NCBI GenBank assembly: GCA_051531975.1
Contig: JAOPTT010000005.1
Coordinates: 160,001-224,000 of the forward strand
DNA length: 64,000 nucleotides
From: Spirochaetaceae bacterium
GTDB taxonomy: Bacteria; Spirochaetota; Spirochaetia; DSM-2461
Direction of reading: 5' to 3'
Positions 41,244 to 51,313 of this stretch are shown piece by piece. The notes under the pieces were generated by a model, which saw only the letters and a list, made by a program, of their open reading frames with translations, did no database searches and was not told the DNA's origin. The translations under genes were made by a program, and so were the position numbers. How positions within the stretch are numbered: the first letter of the stretch is position 1; each line of letters begins with the position of its first letter.

Positions 41244-41436
41244 GTGAGAGAATAAAATATGCAGATAAAAATATCGGGATACAATACGAACCAGATGAAC
41301 CTTATATAAATGGTATTCTTCATGCATGACGGAATTATCCTATTAATTGACGGTATTATTAAGGTTGATAACAGATTTCAGGTTGATAATGGATTAAATA
41401 TTATTGACTAGATAGAGTCGTGGGACCCTGATCCTT
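41244..41436 (+). repeat. Intergenic repeat unit, copy B, containing an MFS 5' remnant
   Basis: Homologous to 32399-32558. Segment 41282-41320 encodes NTNQMNLI/NGIL (frameshifted) versus NTNQLNLILNGIL at 36313-36352. Confidence 0.85.
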
Positions 41437-41527
41437 GAATTATAAAGTTCATGATTTTGATGAAGTACAGTATAAATAAATTACAGGATATTTTTTAGGA
41501 AATATCCACCTTATTAATGTTTGATAA
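41437..41527 (+). repeat. Diverged duplicate of the sulfatase 3' end and downstream hairpin
   Basis: GAATTATAAAGTT...TATAAATAAATTACAGGATA...CCTTATTAAT matches 40032-40112, then TTGATAA matches 40144-40150. Confidence 0.88.
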
Positions 41528-41556
41528 AATTAACTTAATGTGAGGATTTAAATATT

Positions 41557-41930
41557 ATGCAAAATAGATTGGACAAAGAAAATAATAACCCCGATGCACA
41601 CAATCTGCATTTAAACGAGCAGTTTGTCCTCATGTTTTGGGCTCCGGCCCGGTATGATAAAAAGGGACAACTTCTCCCGCTGTTTACATACGAGCATGGG
41701 CTACTATGATGTTGGAACTTGCACGAGCCACCGGGGAGGACTCCTATCGGCAGCGGGCTATTCAATCCATGAACCTGGTAACCTATTGCCTGCAGCCAGA
41801 TGGACGAATCCTCACAGGTATTGATTTTAAACATGAGAGAACCGAATGTTCATTCAACCAATTCTGGTTCAGCCTTCATTTTTGCTCTGCATACTTTATG
41901 ATGGAGTTTTTAAAAAACTATGAAAATTGA
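41557..41930 (+). pseudogene. Probable internally deleted gene (N-terminus joined out of frame to a helical-barrel-like C-terminus)
   Basis: RBS plus ATG at 41557 gives 50 codons; a different frame then encodes RAWATMMLELARATGEDSYRQRA..., which overlaps the next gene start. Confidence 0.45.
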
Positions 41931-42927
41931 TAAAAAAACAGTTAAGAAATGGTCTGAACCTTTTAGATATTGGCATTATTATCCCAGTTATGTGATTCCG
42001 GGGAATCCTGGAATTAAAGGGCATGAGGATATCAAGATGGTTGATGTTCCTACAGTTTACCAGCTTCCCGGTGATGATAACTGGTACATGAGTTTCATCG
42101 GATTTAATGGCCAGGGGTATCAGTCCTTTGTTTGTAGGAGTAGTGACCTTGTATCATGGACAGATTTCCGACTCGCCATGGGGTTTGGTAAAAAAGGGGA
42201 ATTCGATTTTGGAGGATGTGTAATAGGTTCGTATCTCTATGAGTCCTATGATATAAAAGCACGGAGAACTCTAAAACAGAAGGATGAAAAGTATTGGACT
42301 CTTTACGGATCTTATGCAAAACAAGGTGGATATGAACTGGATCCCGGTTATGAAGGGGTCGCTTCTTCAGTTGATGGTCTTTGTTGGCAACAGGCCAAAG
42401 AGAGTTACATACTATCGATACATGAAACGGATGTAGGGGCATGGGAAAAAGACTGTATCTATCAGCCCTGGCTGGTTGAGTTTGAAGGAAAATATTACAA
42501 CTTCTACAATGCCAAGGAAATGCCTCAGTGGATCGAGCAGATTGGACTTGCAACATCAGAGGACTTGATGAACTGGCAACGTCATAGTGTAAATCCGATT
42601 ATTAAGGTGTCCCCTTTAGGTTATGATAGTAAGTTCGCCTCTGACGCCAAGGTTTTTAGAGACGGCGACCATTGGGTGATGTTCTATTTTGGTGTAGGTC
42701 TGAAGGGGGCTCATATCATGGCCGCTTATTCGTGGGATCTTATCCATTGGACTGTTGACCCTGAACCACTTTACAAAGCGGGAGGGCATCCTGCCGGTCT
42801 GGATGAACAATATGCCCATAAGATTTCACTGGTATGGAATCCGGTAAATAAGACTTTTTATATGTATTATAACGGTGTCCAGGAGAATGGTCGTGGTATC
42901 GCTTTAATTACAAGTAAACCTATATGA
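41920..42927 (+). CDS. Five-bladed beta-propeller glycosidase (GH32/43/130-like superfamily)
   Basis: VDVPTVY, WYMSF, SSDLVSW, IGLATSEDLMNW and WVMFYFG blade motifs. Confidence 0.72.
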   Translation: MKIDKKTVKKWSEPFRYWHYYPSYVIPGNPGIKGHEDIKMVDVPTVYQLPGDDNWYMSFIGFNGQGYQSFVCRSSDLVSWTDFRLAMGFGKKGEFDFGGCVIGSYLYESYDIKARRTLKQKDEKYWTLYGSYAKQGGYELDPGYEGVASSVDGLCWQQAKESYILSIHETDVGAWEKDCIYQPWLVEFEGKYYNFYNAKEMPQWIEQIGLATSEDLMNWQRHSVNPIIKVSPLGYDSKFASDAKVFRDGDHWVMFYFGVGLKGAHIMAAYSWDLIHWTVDPEPLYKAGGHPAGLDEQYAHKISLVWNPVNKTFYMYYNGVQENGRGIALITSKPI

Positions 42928-42958
42928 AGTTAAATAAGAATGTAAATAAGGATTCAAA

Positions 42959-43864
42959 ATGACAGTAACAGAAAATAAACCAGCCTTCACACTCTGGCAG
43001 TTACCCGAGCAGACGAATTCTCAGATGAGTAGCTATGTGATCCGGACAGCCGGCAATGAGGTGATCGTAATTGACGGAGGTACAAAAGGCGATGCTGCCT
43101 ATCTTCGTAAGTTCATTGGAGGTATTGGCAACCATGTCCACGCCTGGTTTATATCTCATCCACACTTGGATCACGTCGATGCATTAACGAAGATACTTAA
43201 TGATAAATCCGATATAACAATCGATGTAATATACGCATCGTTACCCGACGATAACTGGCTGAAGAAGAATCAGGACTCTCACGCCCTAAGGACCCAGAAA
43301 ACATTAAAAGCTGCTCTTAAGAAGTCCGGTCACAAACTCATGGAGCTTTCACCCAGTCAGAAAATCGAATTTCAGGAGACTACCTTTGAGGTTCTTGCAG
43401 TGTGGAATCCTGAATTGACCTTCAACGCAGTTAACAATCAATCCGCCGTCTGGCGTGTGGATGGCGGTGGAACATCTGTTCTTTTTCTGGGTGATCTTGG
43501 AGAAGAAGGGGGGAATAAGCTTCTAAATAGTCCCTATCGGAACAGACTCAAAGCGGATTGTGTACAGATGGCCCATCATGGCCAGACAGGTGTGAATGAG
43601 GAGTTTTATAAAACTGTGAATCCGAAGTTCTGTTTATGGGCTACCCCTGCCTGGTTATGGGAAAACGATAGTGGGAAAGGGCGAAATTCGGGGCCGTGGA
43701 AGACACTTGAAGTGCGTGCATGGATGGATAAACTGGACATAGAAGGGCACTATATTTCCAAGGATGGACTGCACCGAATTGACATACCCAATAACTGTGA
43801 AAAACCAAATGTAGAACAATATACTGCTAACGATAATATAAAGGAGGCACTTAAAGATGTCTAA
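42959..43864 (+). CDS. MBL-fold metallo-hydrolase (ComEC/Rec2-like subgroup)
   Basis: VIDGG, SHPHLDH, NNQS, LFLGD and QMAHHG. Confidence 0.88.
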   Translation: MTVTENKPAFTLWQLPEQTNSQMSSYVIRTAGNEVIVIDGGTKGDAAYLRKFIGGIGNHVHAWFISHPHLDHVDALTKILNDKSDITIDVIYASLPDDNWLKKNQDSHALRTQKTLKAALKKSGHKLMELSPSQKIEFQETTFEVLAVWNPELTFNAVNNQSAVWRVDGGGTSVLFLGDLGEEGGNKLLNSPYRNRLKADCVQMAHHGQTGVNEEFYKTVNPKFCLWATPAWLWENDSGKGRNSGPWKTLEVRAWMDKLDIEGHYISKDGLHRIDIPNNCEKPNVEQYTANDNIKEALKDV

Positions 43865-45374
43865 AGTAAATAAACCAAATGTACTGTTTATAATGACAGA
43901 TCAACAGCGGTACGATACTATCGCATCCCTTGGAAATGAATACACATATACACCAAATATGGACCGTCTTGTAAAGCGAGGTTTAAGTTTTTCTAACGCC
44001 TACTCTCCATGTCCCGTTTGTATTCCCGCCCGGTATATTATCCGGACCGGTTGTGAGTCTCCAACTATAAGGAGTTTTAACAATGGATTTTTAGATCCAG
44101 CACTGGGACAAGCAAAAACTATAGAAGGACGATGTGGTCTGTATCTGGGTAAAACAATGAATAAATTAGGGTATCGAACATTTGGTATCGGGAAGTTTCA
44201 TAGTTCTCCATGGAATGAAGATCTAGGTTTTGAGACTCATCTGCATAGTGAGGAGCTCTATGAAACACCAAATCAGAGAGAAGGGGATGCCTACGCTTCC
44301 TGGCTTAGTAAAGAGCATCCTGAGTATGACCATGTGGAAGCATTAATGGGAGAACGTTCCGAGATGTATTATATGCCCCAGATGAGTGTTCAACCTGCAG
44401 ACTGTGCAGTTGAATCCTGGGTGGCGGATAGAGCTGTAGAGCAGATTAATATTGGTGATGAACGGCCCTATTTTGGAATGGTCTCATTTATTGGCCCTCA
44501 CCCTCCTTTTGCTCCACCTATTCCATTTAACCGGATGTATAATCCAGATAAGATGCCCGGTCCAATCCGTGGAGATATAAAAACCGATCATATGGATCAG
44601 CAGATACCATTTATGAATGATATCATTTGGGCGGAATCCATTAATGATCCCCATTCCCGTATTTTAAAAGCGAGATATTATGGTGAAATATCCTATATAG
44701 ACGGTTGTTTGGGACGTATTCTTGATGCTGTAGAATCCAGGGAGGACAGTGACAATACGGTTATATGTTTTTTTACCGATCATGGTGACCATTTAGGGGA
44801 TCATAGTGCATGGCAGAAGGAGAGTTTTTTTGATGTTAGTGCACGAATCCCTTTTCTTGTAAGCTGGCCTAAACAGCTGCCATCAAACCAGCGTAGATCT
44901 GAACTGGTTAGCCTTACAGACCTTTTTGGAATTGCAACTGGTGCTGCAGGAAAAACTGAAGCCAGGGAGGGTGTTGATCTACTTGGTATTATTGAAGGAA
45001 GTTGTGAACCCCGTGATATGCTTTTTGGTTATTATGGTGCGCCTGGAACAGATGAATTCAAAATTATGGTCCGGGATGACCGGTGGAAATATATCTATTT
45101 TGCAAATGGTGGACAGGAACAGCTTTTTGATCTGGATAGTGACCCTGGGGAGATTAACAATCTTGCACAACATGAGAGGGATACAGTTTATAGGCTTAAA
45201 AAAAGAGCAGTAGAGGCCTGTTCTAAACCAGGTTCATTGGAGGCTCTTGATGGTAATGAATTAAAGGTTTTGCCTCTAAGAGAGTGGAAATGGAAAGGTG
45301 AAAGAGTCTATCAGTTTGATCAGTCCAAAGGTATTAATGGTTTTCCAGATAATCCGGGGGATCTCTTGAAATGA
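43857..45374 (+). CDS. Cys-type sulfatase
   Basis: KPNVLFIMTDQQR, CIPAR, GKFH, PHPPF and TDHGD. Confidence 0.92.
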   Translation: MSKVNKPNVLFIMTDQQRYDTIASLGNEYTYTPNMDRLVKRGLSFSNAYSPCPVCIPARYIIRTGCESPTIRSFNNGFLDPALGQAKTIEGRCGLYLGKTMNKLGYRTFGIGKFHSSPWNEDLGFETHLHSEELYETPNQREGDAYASWLSKEHPEYDHVEALMGERSEMYYMPQMSVQPADCAVESWVADRAVEQINIGDERPYFGMVSFIGPHPPFAPPIPFNRMYNPDKMPGPIRGDIKTDHMDQQIPFMNDIIWAESINDPHSRILKARYYGEISYIDGCLGRILDAVESREDSDNTVICFFTDHGDHLGDHSAWQKESFFDVSARIPFLVSWPKQLPSNQRRSELVSLTDLFGIATGAAGKTEAREGVDLLGIIEGSCEPRDMLFGYYGAPGTDEFKIMVRDDRWKYIYFANGGQEQLFDLDSDPGEINNLAQHERDTVYRLKKRAVEACSKPGSLEALDGNELKVLPLREWKWKGERVYQFDQSKGINGFPDNPGDLLK

Positions 45375-45556
45375 TGAACATATCCATATACGACCCCGTA
45401 GTGACAATTTCTTCGGGGAAACTAAATTTTTACCATTATTTCAACAAAATAACGAAGGAAAGACTATTTTTACAACTTTTAGAATAAACCTAGATTGTAA
45501 AAATATTTTAGATATAATTTTTTATTGAAAATTAACTAGCTTCTCTATAATAGAAA

Positions 45557-45585
45557 TTGACCAGGTATATATCAAGGTATATACT
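45557..45585 (+). promoter_or_regulatory. vapBC promoter with autoregulatory inverted repeat
   Basis: TTGACC-17bp-TATACT; GTATATA (45565-45571) and TATATAC (45578-45584) form an inverted repeat. Confidence 0.8.
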
Positions 45586-45608
45586 TGTATAGAAGAAGGG
45601 AGAATAAA

Positions 45609-45839
45609 ATGCAAACAGCAAAATTATTTTTGAATGGTAGAAGCCAGGCAGTAAGACTTCCAAAAGAGTATCAATTTAAAGGTGATGATGTTTATATTCA
45701 AAAACATGGTGATGCAGTAATTTTAATACCACACGATAAAGCATGGGAAGTATTTATGCATGGTTTAAATTCTTTTACAGATGATTTCATGGAAGATGGA
45801 AGAGAGCAAGGTCCTAATCAAGAAAGAGAGGAGTTCTAG
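45609..45839 (+). CDS. vapB: VapB antitoxin (AbrB/MazE fold)
   Basis: TAKLFLNGRSQAVRLPKEY. Confidence 0.93.
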   Translation: MQTAKLFLNGRSQAVRLPKEYQFKGDDVYIQKHGDAVILIPHDKAWEVFMHGLNSFTDDFMEDGREQGPNQEREEF

Positions 45840-46240
45840 TGTATTTACTAGATACTAATATTTGCATCTATGCCATAAAAAACAGACCTTTGAATGTTCT
45901 TAAAAAAATCTCTGAGAATTTTAGTGATGGAATATATATTTCATCATTAACAGTTGCAGAACTAGAATTTGGTGTTTCAAATAGTCAGAATCCTGAAAAA
46001 AATAGAATCGCACTTCTTGAGTTTATATCAATTTTTTCAATTCTTCCGTTTAATGAAAAAGATGCTGTTCCATATGGAAAGATTAAAGCGACTCTGAGAA
46101 AGCTAGGAAAGATAATTGGTCCAATTGATCTTTTATTAGCAGGTCAAGCAATATCAAATGAACTAACATTTATAACTAATAATACTAAAGAGTTCCTACG
46201 AGTTCCTGGAATTAAATTAGAAGATTGGTCTATAGAGTAA
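45839..46240 (+). CDS. vapC: VapC PIN-domain toxin
   Basis: YLLDTNICIY, VAELEFG, IGPIDLLLAGQA and TNNTKEF. Confidence 0.94.
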   Translation: MYLLDTNICIYAIKNRPLNVLKKISENFSDGIYISSLTVAELEFGVSNSQNPEKNRIALLEFISIFSILPFNEKDAVPYGKIKATLRKLGKIIGPIDLLLAGQAISNELTFITNNTKEFLRVPGIKLEDWSIE

Positions 46241-46301
46241 TTCATCATTACTTAATATAGATAAAATATTTGAGACCTAGATTCCACCATTAATTAAATT
46301 G

Positions 46302-47939
46302 TCAATCAGGCTGACCATAAAGCAATCTGTATTTACTAGGCGTATTCCCGGTTGATGACTTGAATATTTTACTGAAATATTTTGTATTTCTGAAACCGAC
46401 CATATTTGAGATTTTGCTTATCTGAATGTTTGATGTAGTCAGGTAATGTTTTGCCTTAGACATCCTCAAATTTGTTACATAATTTATATAAGTATCCCCG
46501 ACAGTTTTTTTGAACTCCCGGCTGAAGTGTTCCGGACTCATATAGATCTGTGATGCTACTTTTTCCAGGCTGATATCATTTGCAAAGTTGGAATCAATAA
46601 AATCCTTGGCTTTATAGATAGACGAAGTGGAACTGGTTAGAAGTAGGTCTTTAAGAGAATGAAAGCATTTAATAATTATATTTTCAAACCAGAGTATCAT
46701 AGCATCGACACTGGTTTGATTATTGACTTCTGTATATAAAATATACTCATCTCCAAGTAGTTCTTCAGGATCAAGTTTTATTTGCCTGGTAATTTTAAAT
46801 ATAAGTATTAGCAATTGATAATTAAGATTCTGTAATTTTTCAACATTAATATAAGTTGATTCTATAACCTCGGCATACAATTTTTTGATCACTGAAAGGG
46901 CAGCTTCCTTCTCTTCCTTCTCAAAACAACGAAGTAAAGTTCTTTCAGTTTCAAAGTCCAGTATTACGGGGTGATCATTTTCTGATCCATGTACATTTTG
47001 ATAATAGACTCCATCTGCATTTACTAATTTTTGAGCCATAGCATTCAAAGCTGCCGTATAGGATCTGTTTAGAGAAGAAACCGAGTTAACAATCGAACCA
47101 ATGGCAATAGTTATGGGGATGTTTAGTTTGGAATCGATCACTCTTTTAAATTTTATAAACTTTGAGTAAAGTTCGTCTAAATCCTCCATAGGTATATTAG
47201 AGTTAAAATTCATAAGAAACCCACTTCCTTGCTTATAATCAAATACGTTAATTTCTAACTCCCAGGATGAAAAACTATCAAAAAATATTTCATTCAATTT
47301 TTGGTATTGTAAACTGATTTCCTGGCTCTTTTTCATTGCAGATTGATCATTTCTTTTTTCAAGAATGGCTAATATTACAATATAATTTTTTCTATGAAAT
47401 TCGAACTTGAGCTTTTTCATCTGAGTTGTAATGTAATGTGATTCAGAAATAGGATTGACTATAATCGAGGATAGGAAATTCCTCTTTAAAACCTTTAAAT
47501 TTTCATGATACTGTTCCTTAAATAATTGGGAGTTTTCCTTGTCAAATCTTTCATTATCGATTTGAACTTTCGCTAAAGTTATAGTGTGTATCAGTTCTTC
47601 ATCTTTTATAGGCTTTAAAAGATAGGAGAAAGCCCCATAACTAATTGCTTTTTGAGCATTTTGAAAAGAGTCGTATGCACTCAATATGATAAAAACAGAT
47701 TCTTTAGACTTTGTTTCTTTTGCTTTCCCAAGTAAAGTAATACCATCCATTACGGGCATTTTTATATCTGATATAATTAAGTCTATTTTTTCTTTTTCTA
47801 GAAAATTCAAAGCTTCTTTTCCGTTATCAGCTTCTAAAACATTTTTTAGCCCCATTTTAGAAAGAATCCGTTTTACATGTATGCGGACTTTTACTTCATC
47901 TTCAACCAGCAGTATTTTCAAATAATCAGCTCCTTTCAA
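46302..47939 (-). CDS. YesN-like response regulator (REC plus AraC HTH)
   Basis: ISDIKMP, YLLKP; C-terminal HFSREFKK...YFSKIFK..TG.TP..YR. Confidence 0.93.
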   Translation of the reverse strand: MKGADYLKILLVEDEVKVRIHVKRILSKMGLKNVLEADNGKEALNFLEKEKIDLIISDIKMPVMDGITLLGKAKETKSKESVFIILSAYDSFQNAQKAISYGAFSYLLKPIKDEELIHTITLAKVQIDNERFDKENSQLFKEQYHENLKVLKRNFLSSIIVNPISESHYITTQMKKLKFEFHRKNYIVILAILEKRNDQSAMKKSQEISLQYQKLNEIFFDSFSSWELEINVFDYKQGSGFLMNFNSNIPMEDLDELYSKFIKFKRVIDSKLNIPITIAIGSIVNSVSSLNRSYTAALNAMAQKLVNADGVYYQNVHGSENDHPVILDFETERTLLRCFEKEEKEAALSVIKKLYAEVIESTYINVEKLQNLNYQLLILIFKITRQIKLDPEELLGDEYILYTEVNNQTSVDAMILWFENIIIKCFHSLKDLLLTSSTSSIYKAKDFIDSNFANDISLEKVASQIYMSPEHFSREFKKTVGDTYINYVTNLRMSKAKHYLTTSNIQISKISNMVGFRNTKYFSKIFKSSTGNTPSKYRLLYGQPD

Positions 47940-49752
47940 TATATGGCAGAGTTATTTTTACTATTGTATTTTCGCTCTCTTTACTGGATATTGATAATCC
48001 AAATTTTTTATCAAAGTGTAGTTTTATTCTTGAATTGACATTGTATATGCCTATTGAAGCATTAATAGATTCTATCTCTTCACTACTGTCTGATAATGCT
48101 GCATTAATTAGAGACAATTTTTTCAGGGGGATACCAATGCCGTTATCGTAAACATAGATAATTAACTTGTTGCCCAACCGTTTTGTCGTTATTCGGATTT
48201 CCCCTTTTCCCTTTTGAAGTTCAATACCATGCTGCATTGAATTTTCTAGTAAGGGCTGCAGAGTGAGCCATGGTAATTGGGCATAAATTGTATCTTGAGC
48301 TATTTCATATTTGATTTGAAATTTATCCTCATATCGTTCTTTTTGAATGTTCATATAATTCTTTGCATGTTCAATCTCTTCATATAAACAGACATTGGTT
48401 TTTTCATTTTTTAATGTGTACCTGAGAAAATCTGAAAGATTCAATAACATCGTTGATGCTGTTTTATTACTGTTTGAATCAATAACCATCTTGATGGAGT
48501 TCAATGTATTATATAAAAAATGGGGATTGATTTGACTATATAAAGAGTCTAATTCAGCCTGTTTTCTAAGCAGATTGGCATTATACTTTTCTTGTATTAA
48601 TAATTGTATATTTGTTACCATTTTATTGAATAGTATAGCTATTTCAGATATTTCATCAGTTCCTTTTTCCGGGATACTGATCTGAAAATTACCACAACCA
48701 AGTTCATTAAAAATCGATTTGATGTCCTCAATCCTGAAAGTAATTATTCTTGAAATTATGAATGAGGCAACAATGATAATAACAAGTAGAATTAGAAGAA
48801 CATAAAAAGTATTGTTTCTGAGAAATACACTACGCAGTAATAGATCGGAAACAGGCAGTGCCGATATGATTCTGAAACCGAATTTACTGGGGGAACTTGC
48901 CATAAACAGTATTTCATTTTTTTTGATTGTTTTGTTTAATGTGGCTGTATTAGTATCTGCCTTTTGGTTCACATCAATAAAGCCAATAATCATTTCTCTA
49001 CTTAATTCCCTGTTTGAATAGACTAATTCTCCCTGGTTGCTGAAGATCACTAATGAATGATTCTTTGATAAGAAAGATTTAGAGGGATATCCGAAGAATT
49101 GTTCTGTTTCCTGGTCCAGTAGTATCACACCGATAGGAGTACCGTAATTAGGGTCGAAGATTACTTGTGAAATGGATACAATACTGGTTTTATTAGATCC
49201 TGTCGGGTAAAATAAAAAGTCGTTGTAATGGGGCTGATGGAACAGAGTCCTTCCGTTTAAAACGATTGTCTCAAGAAACCAGTCTTTGTCTTTGACGGAT
49301 ATTAAACTGGAGTTGCTCCCATCGAGGTTCATGGTGAATTTTAAATCACCATTCATATCAAATAATGAAATTCCATAAAGGTTGGCGTTGGAATTAAATT
49401 GGAAACTAAAAAAATTATCCAGTTGGTTTATCACATCAAAATATTTATCTGTATATAATTCTGATTCGCTATTCAGTATATATTTGATATCGTCCTGAAG
49501 GATCAATTGGGAAAATATCTGTTTCTGAAGGGAGTAGTAACTATCATCGATGCTATTGCTGATTTTTATATTATTATCCTGATTATACATAATGAAATCA
49601 GTTTCCACGGATTTTGAAGATAATTTGTAAGAGATAAAACCAAATAATAACACTGGTGTTAGAATGGCAAAGGTGCTTATAAAAAAGATTTTGTATCGAA
49701 TTTTGCTATTTATATTAGTTCCGATATGAGTAATAAATTTATTTTTAAGCAC
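47926..49752 (-). CDS. YesM-like sensor histidine kinase
   Basis: TM-sensor-TM-HAMP, then SQINPHFLYNTL, LQPLLEN and DNGIG. GTG at 49752 after GGAG is preferred; start uncertain. Confidence 0.9.
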   Translation of the reverse strand: MLKNKFITHIGTNINSKIRYKIFFISTFAILTPVLLFGFISYKLSSKSVETDFIMYNQDNNIKISNSIDDSYYSLQKQIFSQLILQDDIKYILNSESELYTDKYFDVINQLDNFFSFQFNSNANLYGISLFDMNGDLKFTMNLDGSNSSLISVKDKDWFLETIVLNGRTLFHQPHYNDFLFYPTGSNKTSIVSISQVIFDPNYGTPIGVILLDQETEQFFGYPSKSFLSKNHSLVIFSNQGELVYSNRELSREMIIGFIDVNQKADTNTATLNKTIKKNEILFMASSPSKFGFRIISALPVSDLLLRSVFLRNNTFYVLLILLVIIIVASFIISRIITFRIEDIKSIFNELGCGNFQISIPEKGTDEISEIAILFNKMVTNIQLLIQEKYNANLLRKQAELDSLYSQINPHFLYNTLNSIKMVIDSNSNKTASTMLLNLSDFLRYTLKNEKTNVCLYEEIEHAKNYMNIQKERYEDKFQIKYEIAQDTIYAQLPWLTLQPLLENSMQHGIELQKGKGEIRITTKRLGNKLIIYVYDNGIGIPLKKLSLINAALSDSSEEIESINASIGIYNVNSRIKLHFDKKFGLSISSKESENTIVKITLPYIERS

Positions 49753-49935
49753 CTCATACTCTCCATTGTCTAAATAATGTCTAAATAATAACATGGTAAT
49801 TGTAATTTGTGATGAAAGATTATTGAAAGTGAAAAAGTCATCAAATATGTATACTTTTATCAATTTATTGTGCCTATACTGATAAAGAATCTGGATCTAG
49901 ACTTTATAAAGTAAACAAATATTAAGGAGAATTTT

Positions 49936-51231
49936 ATGTTAAAAAAAATGCTTATGTCTATGTTTCTGATTTTATTATCAGCATCTGTAATTTTCGCTTC
50001 TGGTCAGAATGAGACTAATGAAACGGTAATCAAATCAGATTCAGATAATTTCACTATTAAGGTTTCCAGTTGGAATCTGGGTGATGAACCCTCTGGAATC
50101 ATCAAATCCTACAAAGAGTCTTTTGAAAAGATTTATAAAGAGAAATATCCAAATGCTACGATTGAGATTATCAATACACCGGGTGAAAAATATTTTGATG
50201 TATTAAAGGCGCAGATGGCTTCCAACTCTGCCGCTGATGTCGTGCAGTATCAAGGTACGGAAACGGCCCTTTTTGCACAGGCAGGATTCCTGGCGGACTT
50301 ATCTGATATGTCGGTAGTAGATAATATAAGTGTACTGGAGCCTGTTTCTTATGATGGGAAAGTCTACGGAATCCCATTTGATACAGGAAGCTGGGGAGTG
50401 TGGTATAGCAAAAAAATATTCAAGGAAAACAATATCTCTGTTCCTGTAACCTGGGATGAGTTTCTTGCAGCTTGTGAAAAAATCAAAGGTCTGGGCATTA
50501 CTCCAATAGCTGGAGGATTTTTAGATAGCTGGATAGCAAATATGACTGTGAGTGTATTCCGTCCAAATGACTACGGAACTGTAGATTACGAATTGGATCT
50601 ATACAACGGTTCTAAAAAAATTGCCGGACCTGAAATGGAAAAAACATTTAGAAAACTGCAAATAATGATTGATAATGTTTATTTTGGTGAAGATGCCTTG
50701 AGCAACGGCTGGGATTTACAACGAAACGGTTTTGAGAATGGAAAATCAGCCATGATCATTCACGGTTCTTATATGGCCGGTCTTGCAAATATAGAAACTG
50801 CAGATCAGGGAGGAATGGAAACAGGTTTCTTCGCCATTCCAAATGATACTGGAAAACCTTTACTGGGTGTAGGTGTTGGTATGATTACAGGTGTTAACTC
50901 AAAAACTGATGATCTTGAACGGGCTAAAGACTTGGTTGCAGCAATGAATTCAGCTGAAGCTATCGTAGTAAGAATGAAAGATGCTGGAATGTTTCCTGCA
51001 ATAAATGGAATAGAAATCGACTATAAAGAAACAGGTAACAAAGAGTTTCTTCAGGTTCTAGGATCTTCGGAAACAGTTAGTGTTAATAGATTTATTCCTG
51101 GTTCTGTAACAGATTTGACAGGTCAAATATTTACAAAAATGCTCTCAGGTCAGACCTTTGATCCCGAATGGTTAAATAACCTGGATTCAACATATCTAAA
51201 TGATAAATCATTGTTAGCACCTCCACAATAG
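49936..51231 (+). CDS. Sugar ABC transporter substrate-binding protein
   Basis: Signal peptide then ASGQNE; YDGKVYGIP, VPVTWDEF and FENGKSAM. Confidence 0.92.
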   Translation: MLKKMLMSMFLILLSASVIFASGQNETNETVIKSDSDNFTIKVSSWNLGDEPSGIIKSYKESFEKIYKEKYPNATIEIINTPGEKYFDVLKAQMASNSAADVVQYQGTETALFAQAGFLADLSDMSVVDNISVLEPVSYDGKVYGIPFDTGSWGVWYSKKIFKENNISVPVTWDEFLAACEKIKGLGITPIAGGFLDSWIANMTVSVFRPNDYGTVDYELDLYNGSKKIAGPEMEKTFRKLQIMIDNVYFGEDALSNGWDLQRNGFENGKSAMIIHGSYMAGLANIETADQGGMETGFFAIPNDTGKPLLGVGVGMITGVNSKTDDLERAKDLVAAMNSAEAIVVRMKDAGMFPAINGIEIDYKETGNKEFLQVLGSSETVSVNRFIPGSVTDLTGQIFTKMLSGQTFDPEWLNNLDSTYLNDKSLLAPPQ

Positions 51232-51260
51232 GGAGTAAAAAAAGCAATATAATCAAACTC

Positions 51261-51292
51261 GTATATGCTGGTAAAATATAGCCGGCATATAC
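51261..51292 (+). terminator. Hairpin after the binding-protein gene
   Basis: GTATATGCTGG...CCGGCATATAC stem. Confidence 0.55.
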
Positions 51293-51313
51293 TGTATTTT
51301 AATAGGTGGTATT

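Noticed and set aside
42959..43864. comEC or beta-lactamase assignment
   Set aside because: Only a soluble MBL domain is present, with no membrane competence domain or signal peptide, and it lies in a sugar/sulfatase operon.
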